Source: Nymphaea colorata (taxonomy: Eukaryota). Taken from it: DNA of 64,000 nucleotides. Positions 51,641-61,036 of this stretch are shown here, piece by piece. The notes below the pieces were generated by a model that did not search any database, was not told the origin of the DNA, and worked only from the letters and a program-made list of their open reading frames with translations. The stretch's first letter is position 1. Each line of letters opens with the position of its first letter. The stretch is from contig NC_045138.2 of NCBI RefSeq assembly GCF_008831285.2, forward strand, positions 19,902,001 through 19,966,000, written 5' to 3'. The translations under genes and the position numbers were made by a program.

Positions 51641-53458
51641 TATATATATATATATATATATATGGAAATTGTTCTATTCATCTTAATGGATAATGAAAGA
51701 AAAATAAGAAGAAAAAACTGACAATATTTTCATCATCTAATATTATTTTTCACTCTTTTAGATGAATGACTCTGGACAGATTCATCTGGATATTTTTGAA
51801 TGTTGAAGCTGCAGTGCAAGATAATCCATGGTCTTTTCAAGTGCTCTCAAGAAGGAAACGAATTTCATATAAATTTTTGGAGTATGCTACTCTTGGGACA
51901 ATGGCTGCGTGAGGGTTAGGCCCCCATTTTTTTATTTCAATAAAATGGAGAAATATATACGTCAAAAAATGGGTCCACACAGGACCACAACTCATAGTGT
52001 TGGTTCTCTTTATTGGATCCCACCTGTTGTTGTCATGGTGAAAAAGGGAAATATATATAATATACAATACTTTTTCAATTATGCATCTACATATCTTGTA
52101 ATGCATGTCATAAGAAAAAAATATCACAGTCTAACGCATACAAGCCTCATAATGCCATGAATGTCATTACGAAAAGTCTCAATTTTCAATTCTTGAGTCT
52201 ATGCAGTTGATAGTTTAGCTAACAATAAAACAAATTAACAATGTCATTATTTTGTGCCATCATCTTAGTTTTAAACATCTTGTTCATAAACAATAACAAT
52301 TATTTTATTTTTTTTTAATTTTTCAAATGAAATCGCCAAGTAGTGTTCGAACATGACCTCTTGCAGATTCAACTTTTAAGTCCAATTCTTGTTTTCAATT
52401 AAATATGGTTGGCTCATTCAGCAGGGATATAATTCCACTCATTTTCTTACTCCATTAAATGCTTCAAGATTATTTCACAAAATATATAACTAATTGTAAA
52501 TAATTACGCAAGACATTGTATACTTATGAGGCCAAGTTCAAGCAGAAAACATCATAAAAAAAATTTAGCCTTCTTACTTTGCCAGTTTTGTCCTTATAAG
52601 GGGTCTCCTTTTCGGTTTTCCTTATTCATGTTTAGGGACATTTTGGCCGCCCGTTCTATCCTTTTCACGCATGAAAAAGAAGAAAAAAGATGTTGCTATA
52701 AGCGACCAATGTCTCAAGCAAACTCTACTTTGCAGTGTCAATGTTGATGTGTCCGGGGTATTTTGGTCATTTTAAAAGGACAATTTGGTCATTCTACAAA
52801 ATAAACTTTTCCCTTCTCATTTTCGGCATTGCTTTTCAAGCATAGGGACAATTTTGTCATTTTGACCCCAAGAACATAAAAGTGTTAGTGTTTACTAAAT
52901 ATGTTCAAAACATTGGCTCACATACATAGCTATATCAACACAATAGTATGATTGAGAGGGTTGCTGCAACAAACGAGACAAGAACATACAAGCACAATAT
53001 TTTTGAGAGGGTTGACGCAATGGACATGACAAGAGGTAGTCGGCAAACTTGTCTGTTTTTCCAGCTTCCAATCAAAGGTCAAGCCAAAACTTTGTGAGTG
53101 TGCTTCAAATTTTTGTATGATCAGCACTAATGACATACAATGTTTTGTATGGTCAGTACTAATGACATCTAATTACATTTTTTTATATAAAAAAATGACA
53201 TATAATTTTTAGTAGGGTCGATACTAATGACATCTAATTGCATTTTTTGATATGTTAAATTTTCGTGCTGCAAAAAAAGGTATCAACATGAAACCAATGC
53301 ATAATCCAAATACATCAAAAGTAAACTTAGTAAGTTGGTGGGTGAGGAAAAATGTAGAGGTTTTCCATTCTCAACCACAGTGGTATTGCAGATCCAACCC
53401 GTTTGCGTCACATACCCGGTACCGCTTAGGATTCGGGCGATTGGGTCCGTATTTAAAC

Positions 53459-53495
53459 TCCCACTAAGGAGTGGTCACTTCCATACTCTTAAATA
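53459..53495 (+). promoter_or_regulatory. Candidate core promoter of the structured non-coding unit (TCCCACTAAG plus TTAAATA)
   Basis: TATA-like TTAAATA at 53489-53495, about 25-30 nt before a shift to pyrimidine/GC-rich leader-like sequence. A USE-like TCCCAC lies upstream but its spacing is atypical. Confidence 0.4.
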
Positions 53496-53519
53496 GCCTG
53501 GAGGATGGCGGGAACTCGA

Positions 53520-54730
53520 CCTTTCAACCTTTCGTGGTTTCTGTCGTCGACCCCTGCGTGATATAGGTCGTGGGATCCATTTGCCGTCTTTGGAACCCTG
53601 AAATCGATTGCCTTCGGAAGCCGCGGCTTCCCTATCTCTTGCCGCCGGATGCTCCTATCTGCTTCCTCTCTGATTACGCCTTCTTGTCAATCGGTGACGA
53701 ACATAGAAGGATTCCTTCTCCTTTAATTTCTGTAGAATTGATGGTAGCTTGGATCTTAGTGCAATCTGAACCGGGAAATCATGATTAACTTGTACGGACT
53801 TGGGATTTGCTCCATATCTGTTCTTATAAAGGGGCTCGTATTTGCTTGCCGCTTGATCCTCCGATCTACGTCCTTCGTGTTTGTTAAAAATTCACGTTCG
53901 CTGTGTGCAAGAAAATCCATAATCTGCCGCTCGAAGGCTTCATTTTGTTTGCTTACTCAGAGTTTATCATGCACTGGCTCTTAGTGCGGTGTCCAGGGCG
54001 TGATTCCTTTGATTCCTTGTTGGTAATGGTTCCTTCCGTTACGATGGAAAGGATTTCTATCGTCGGTCTTTCCTGATGCTTTTATTTATCGTTTTCTTTG
54101 CACGACTGGATGTTGGATCATGGTGTTGAGCTGAGACCCTAAATTGAAAGAGGGATTGTACAGGGATGTGTGACGCGCGGTCGGCCATTTTAAGATAAAT
54201 GGTAGTAATCAGGAGGTATCCTTTTTTTGGTTGCAAAATGATCTAGCTGGTATTTGGGCTCGTTCTCTTGCTACACGTTACAGCTCCTAGTGACAGGTTT
54301 TAGGTGAGGGGAGTAAGCAGCAACTCCTACGCAGAGAACATCACTTTCCGCAAATGGCACCTAGAAACACTTTTCTATTAAAACTTCATAAATAGATTGT
54401 CTTGGAAACTTCCAGGTGTTAGAGTTGGAAAGCTAAATTCAGCTATTTATTGGTTTGTCAAACTTTTGGTATCTTGACATTTGGAAATGATGCTACAGAA
54501 GTAAAAGAATGACAGCAATTGAAAGAAGACTTATAGCAGGAGCAGCAGGAGTCTACTGGAAAAACCGGCCTATCTTAGAAGAAAAGCCTTCAAGAACAAC
54601 TTCTGCAGATCCACGGACTGGGAAATCCGTCGAAATTCAACTGTTTCTGCTGTAACATTAGTTATCATTTCATCAAACTATTCAGTGTAATCTAACAGCA
54701 AGTCAGGATATGAACGGCAACTTTGTGTTT
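53520..54730 (+). ncRNA. Putative structured long non-coding RNA with an ENOD40 region-II-like motif
   Basis: No recognisable protein ORF. Many consecutive stem-loops, including a 15-bp stem (54531-54545 with 54641-54655) whose G-U pairs work only on the + strand. The 3' motif AACAGCAAGTCA-N8-ACGGCAA (54694-54720) resembles the ENOD40 consensus AACCGGCAAGTCA-N4-ACGGCAA. Confidence 0.5.
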
Positions 54731-55124
54731 GTGTATGTGCATAAGTGCTTATTCTTTCCATTATTTAAGTGTTTTCCAGCTATTATTGAAGTTTCTTTCT
54801 CTCTATCCTTAGTTTTAGTTTCAATTTGTCAATTATTATATAGATGTAGGCTTTCATGCCTTTAGTTGATTGTTCTTTCACAATTTTAATTGCCTGTATG
54901 GTTGTTGGTGCAACTGTCAGTTGTAAGATAAAGTTATGGGTCTTCTGAGTAAATAATCTGAAGGTAACGGCTGTTAGTATTGACTTGGATTGGTAGGATT
55001 GGCTGTTAATGTTGCCAAAAGATTTCCCTAAGGAAATTATTGATATGTTGTACAATCAGCAAAAATAAGATCTCATATTTACCCTTAACAATGTCATTGA
55101 TTTACTACATATGGACCAAAAAGG

Positions 55125-55578
55125 CATAGCTCTCAAACCTGGTCAACTTGATAATCACCTGAGTTGACTCGGGATTGCCAAGGGACTTGGTCACGAATCA
55201 GGTACAGAACTAATGTGACCAAATCCTAGAAGACAGTTTTTGATTGGATGCATTGACTTAGGAATACCAGATTCTAGACTGTTTCATTCAACACAGAATC
55301 TAACTATTACCCAATGTCAGTAAGAAATTATACTAGTTGTTTATTGCAAAAATAATCTAATGCATGTTTTTTATTAGTTCTTACCTTTTTGTAGTTGTCT
55401 TCATAAATTATGGGTGTTTAATTGTATTTACTTGATGGTTACTTACCTTTTTCATTAATTTTGTAGTAAAACTGCATAAAATTTATGACCTGACCTGGAA
55501 GAGTCGACGAATCAACTGGCTTTTCCATTACTCAATAGTCAGCTGATTTGAGTATGATTCATGGGTTTGCGAACTATG
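55125..55578. mobile_element. Non-autonomous hAT-like TIR element
   Basis: 15-bp TIRs CATAGCTCTCAAACC / GGTTTGCGAACTATG (13/15); degenerate 8-bp flanks CAAAAAGG / CAATAAAG. Confidence 0.65.
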
Positions 55579-56139
55579 CAATAAAGAGAAAAAAAGAGAA
55601 GAAAAAGCCTTTGCCATTTGGTGGACTTTTCTCCATGTTGCTGCTGATTGGTTTATCTTGTAATTTTATGGTGTAGTACTCCTTAAGATCCTGCTATCTG
55701 CTTTTTTTGTCATTGATCCATAAGGAAAATGCTATAAGTTGTTTTGCAAGAACCTTTGCGCTTCTAGTTAAATACTTATATGCATCACCTACTATCTTGA
55801 CAACATTGAAAACGTCATATTGAAGAAAATAGTATGGGATGGAGTTCCACACTTTTCCCTGTAAGGATTGACTTACTTTGGGACCTGTATGACTATGACC
55901 AATGATGACTAAGCACCATGGCCTTCATGTAGGTTACAATATTGACTAGTTTGTATGTCTAGTACTTGACAGAGAACTATTGAAATTTCTGCTTCTGTCA
56001 GTGATGATGTTGAGTTAGGCTTCATGGCTTGCTGTGTTATGTGCTCATATGGTTTCCCATCAGAGTTGTAATCAAAAGGTGCAGAGTCTTCAACCTAAAT
56101 GAACCAATGGTTATATCTTTTTCATATTGATGTTTGATG

Positions 56140-56866
56140 CCATGTGACATGGGTGTGAGTGCAGGTGCAGATGTGGGTGCTGGCAAATTTCAGAAAAACA
56201 TGGGTTCGGGTGCGGGTGCAGTGAGGGTGTAAGTCGCATCCTATATTCCAAAATCTTTAGCATTCTACTTATTTCATGTAATATACATACTCCAGAGTCT
56301 TGATGGTTTTATAATCTTAACTCATAACATATGTAGGTATTAAACAATTAGCTGGTATTATAAATTTATACATGTATAAATATACAATGTATATTACATA
56401 TAACATATGTAAGACTTAACAAAACTGGTGCTACATGTACATAATTTATAAGCATATATATATATATATATATATAACAAAACTGATTAACGAAACTTAT
56501 GCAACTAATACATATAAGAAAACACCCAGATTAAGAGAACTTATAAACAGCAATAACATATATGACCATATGATATCTGCAAAATATAAAATTATGTGTA
56601 ACATACTAACATATAATATCTAGTATAAAACTGCAAAAGTGTGCAGTAAAAAACAGCATAACAGATGCAGCAAAGCATGAAGAAAACTAGAAAACAGAAG
56701 CATCATTTCTATGAAAAAAAGTTGAAAAGGGACAAAAATGACCTTGATATGGTTTGACCACACTGGATTCGCGTTGATCTCACCGGTGCCATGTTGGAGG
56801 CGCACCCGCACCCGAGTCATGTCGACGCAGCTGCTTTTGCTGTTTTGGTGAGTCTGTGTGACATAG
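56140..56866. mobile_element. Non-autonomous hAT element with GGGTGC subterminal repeats
   Basis: Exact 8-bp TSD GTTTGATG (56132-56139, 56867-56874); imperfect TIRs CCATGTGACATGG / CTGTGTGACATAG; GGGTGCGGGTGC near the left end and GCACCCGCACCC near the right end. Confidence 0.75.
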
Positions 56867-58105
56867 GTTTGATGAGTTCAAACTTCAACTGATGAATCAC
56901 ACCAATATGATGATTTCCTTTAAGAACTGGTACTTTTCTTTTCAAACGTCATGAATATGCTGCAGCATGAAAAGTTACTATACTTTTCTCTTGTTCCCTT
57001 TTTTCCCCGAATTTATTGCTTTAATGATTAGTTATCGTAATTCATTGACAGTGTAACACCTTTAGGCTCCAGATCCTGTTCCATAACAAAAAAGTCCCCT
57101 TGCTGTCTGATTGTTTGCTGCTCTGTCAGGGTTGATTTTCGTGGTACTGCTATATGTTATTTTGCAGGAAGCTTTCTGGTTAGTGTTGTGCTGCAATTTT
57201 CTGATTCACATCTTACTACTGTGGGGAAACTTCAACTTCTAGTACAGCTAAAATAAATGTAGGTACTCCCATAGTTTCTAGTTTTCTATGCTCATATGAC
57301 ATCATACAGGGAACATAGAAGTTCCTTAATCTCTAGGTCTAGGTTGCTACTCTGATCAAGTGTGTGCACGTCCATGAAATTGTAGACTATGTTACTTCGT
57401 GGCAACCTAACTGACCTATACTACTATGATGTAGAGCATATATTTACTCAGAAATACTGCCAATCATTTATGTAGAGAACTTCCTTGAACTGATTACCTT
57501 TTACATTTTAGTGTGAGCTTGTTTCACTTTTGCAAATGTTGTTCATTGTGCCTAGCTTTTTTTGGACTTTACTGTAACTGTTTCGCTAAGTTCTGGCCTT
57601 CATCAGACATTTTGTACTTTCCAGTACCACTTTTTATATAGTTCTTTTTTTTTTCTTTGGTTGTTCTGATGGCACTGTGTCTAGTCACAGTTTGCTTGCT
57701 GAAACTTGATCTTTCAGCAAAATTAAGTCCTAAAATTATTGAAATTTACTATGGAAGTGGATTCACACAGAAGCTAATTTATCCAACCTATCCTTCTATC
57801 GGACAAAGTGCTAGATTTTTGGTTTTGTGGGCGGGGCACCCATTGTGGGATCAGTAGACTACTGTCAAGTCTCAAATAATCTTTTGTTGGGAACAGGAAA
57901 ACCTATTCCTGGAATATATTAGTGCTTTAAAAAATTCAAATTTTCATTTCTGCTGCTAATATAAGGGATTAATCTTTTCCGCTCATAGTAATACATAGTT
58001 GACGTTGAAGTTTCAAATTAATGACCTTTAACTTTCAGTTGTCAAAAAGGCTCTTAGTAGTATTCTTCAAAAATTTCCTGTTGTGACTGTGCCACTCAAG
58101 CTCTG

Positions 58106-58438
58106 TGATGCAGTGGGGAAGAGGACTGCTCCTCTAACCCACGTTCAGTGTCTAAATTAAACTAAGAAAACCTAAAGAAATGCGAAATGGAATGAAAATA
58201 ACTGTAGGAAAGGAAAATTCAAGAGATTAGGGTTTCATTAAACTCAAGACTAATTACAAATGAGTTTCTAAACATCTTTATATAGCCTGCATATGGATCC
58301 CTGGATCTGGATCCAAAAGTAATAATAAATAAAAACCTAAAAATTTAAATACTAGAACGGGAACCAAATAAAACAAAATAATAAACAAAACCTCAAATTG
58401 AGACTGAGTCTCTTATTCCCTGCTTTGCACCTGCATCA
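58106..58438. mobile_element. Solo LTR
   Basis: Perfect 8-bp inverted ends TGATGCAG / CTGCATCA (TG...CA); 5-bp flanks CTCTG / CTCTT; internal TTTATATAG and ATTAGGGTTT; 333 bp. Confidence 0.7.
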
Positions 58439-59434
58439 CTCTTACTTCTAGCTCTTATAATTGTTTTTTTTTTTGTTCGGATGTTTATTGTTGAAGCAAC
58501 ATTTGTGACGGATATAGATAGGTGAGGGCTCCGTGGGGCGTATGGCCCATGGAACTCAAGCTAAAACATTGAATTTACTTGTTGGATTTTGGTGGCCTGC
58601 GTTCAGTTATATGGGGCAGCCCCACAAGGCGCAGGTCGCTACCCCAAGGCCAATTGAAAGTTTGTTAATTATATATTTAATGCCCCCATGAAAAAAAAAA
58701 ATCTGGCTCCACCCCTGAAGGGTATGAGAGAGCTGAACTCATGCTACTTGGTGTCATACAAGGTAGTTGATTTTCTAGATATGTTCCTAGAATTTTGTGG
58801 ACAGCTTTTATGCACTTCTATAGTCGTATGCTGCACAAATATGAATGTGCAAAAGACCTCTTTCTTGTCTGTCCTGTTACTCTTGCCTCCTGTAGTCACC
58901 TGATATGACTAGACACAGAAATAGACCTTTTAAATAGACATATGACAACGATAGTGGTACACAGAGAAGCTTCCAAAACAGTGGGACATTGATAATATAT
59001 GATTGGAGTAGGGAACAGAGATTGCCCATGTATGATAATGATGTGATAGGTTGAGACTGGTTAGGTGAAAATATCTGCAGTTAGTTGAGGTAAAATTATT
59101 GATTGAGACAGCGGTCAGTTTCCTTGTTATCCAACTTTGTTCATGTACAGTTATGTTTGACTTGGGTTTGTTTGTTTACTATATGGTGCTTCAACAAAAG
59201 GGCATGCTATGTATCACATACTTAGAATATAGAAACTTTCAGTATACACTGTTTTACATAAAGAAGATAAGCTTTCGGCACATTGTTGACTCATGTGAAG
59301 GGGCTTCTTGTTGTACACCGTCTCACACTGTTATATCCTGCTGGTAGTTAATACAATGGTCTAACCTTGCCATTTCCTGAGATCAGTCCCCTTGGATATT
59401 TGGTCCTGATGGAATGTTCGACCAGGAAAATATA

Positions 59435-60963
59435 TTACCTAATTGAAGGGGTAGCTAGAGCAAGAAGAAACTCTTTGTAATCTCCATCTGGCATGCTTCC
59501 TTGAATTGCTTCATGGATTTTCATTCCATACTTGGTCTGAAATGCTTTTTCTACCTCCTTCCTGTCAGTCTCAATTACATTCATCAAAGCACGTGGCAGT
59601 ATGTTTTTGTCTGTAGTCAAGCCCTTGATGCTTTTATACAACATCTGGAAGAAAGGGCAATTAGATTTTAGTTATGTATGTTTTGATGCAGACGGTAAAA
59701 ACTAGCTGAAGTATGCATCCTTACCTGCTTCTTCCCTTGACATGGTAGCATGCTTGCTTTTGATATTCCATGCTACTTTCATGCGTTATTATCATCTTAA
59801 TGTTGACATTCTCTTTGCATATACATATAGTTTTTTATGCATTAAATGTTGTATGCGTAATATTACCTTGGCATAATATTTGGCTGGAGTATACATGCAT
59901 TTGACAGTCATTAGGAATGAATCTTCAAATTCCCCTTGTGTCTTTTTCTTTAGCGTCTGCATAAAAGACATTTGTTAGGCATGATACAGGTGCTTTGATT
60001 GTTTAAATATTTATTCATAGGCTATGATTTGATAACAGAGGCTATGTTACACACCTTTGTAAGATCATGTCCGTATATATGCTTGTAGCAAGATAACATC
60101 AACTTGAGTTGTGGTAGGCACCGCTTGCTAAGGATCTCAATAACAACTGCTTCATCTGTTGCTTCCGCTCTCCCTTCCACTGCTTCATACAGCCTCTTTG
60201 CATCCCACTGCGCGACGTGTAGACTGACATCCATATCATGTGACTTATGTGCGGCATCAAGCGCTGCTAGTATCTGAGAAATGACATCTGACACACTTTA
60301 GCCTTTAGGTGTCCCATTTGCATGCATAATTGCATATCCTTAACCATATAAACCAACATCAACTGGGAGTTAATCCAGTCGTACCGTAGAGAAATGAAAC
60401 ATCAACATAGTAAACTTACTTTCTGGTAAGGGCTTTTGGGCTCAGATGATGCTATGTCATAGTCTAGGTGTCTCTTAAACCTCGCAAGGTAAGTTTGCTT
60501 CATAAGGAGCATCTGCCTTGGCTTTCGGCCCACATAAATTTCAACCAGTGCTATGTATTGGTTGTCGCCAATTTCAAGTGACTGTTTTGCAAGAACAACG
60601 TCACGTTCATGTGGGCTAAGCATCCACAGAGACAACAGAGTGCAAATCTATAGAAGGGAAGACAAGAAAAGAAAGATAATTGAGTAGATGAAGAAAACAG
60701 AAATTTCACGCATTTTGCTTGGTTAAATGGTTCTAGTTAGTCATACCGACCTCATTTCGCTGCCCAGCTGCTTGGGCTCTTTGGAGATGCTCAACCAAGT
60801 CTTGCCCATACATGGCAGTGTAGGTGCTGCAGAGCTGTTGCCGCTCCAGCTGAGTTCGGCGGGCCAAGATTCTGGCAAGGTGACCAAGTTGACTCTTCTT
60901 CTCATGGATCTCTCTGCATTCGTTCTGGCAGTCGAGATGGGAGGTAGAGGGATTGGAAGCCAT
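59435..60963 (-). CDS. Divergent annexin; 5 exons, 319 aa
   Basis: Exons 60963-60751, 60647-60420, 60273-60055, 59956-59867 and 59644-59435 total 960 nt in frame, all GT-AG. Annexin repeat hallmarks: [39 protein letters not shown]...[44 protein letters not shown]. Confidence 0.9.
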
Positions 60964-61026
60964 GCTTGGGGAAAGTTGTAGGCGGGTGTTTGTGCTATGG
61001 TAGTCACTTGCGGTTGCCTGTCAGCC

Positions 61027-61036
61027 ATATATATAA
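61027..61036 (-). promoter_or_regulatory. Probable TATA box of the annexin gene
   Basis: TTTATATATAT on the minus strand about 65-75 nt upstream of ATG 60963. Confidence 0.45.

Noticed and set aside
53691..53773. Box C/D snoRNA (GTGACGA...CTGA with CGGT/ACCG ends)
   Set aside because: The C box is imperfect, the terminal stem is out of register for a K-turn, and I found no convincing 10-nt or longer rRNA/snRNA guide next to a D or D' box.
53459..54228. Plant telomerase RNA (USE-like TCCCAC plus TATA, AACCCTGAA at 53594, ACCCTAAA at 54136, T-run at 54222)
   Set aside because: USE-TATA spacing (~20 nt) is shorter than in Pol III snRNA-type promoters. Neither word gives a full CUAAACCCU-type template in the expected position, and the structured region is far longer than known plant telomerase RNAs. 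An Infernal search would settle it.
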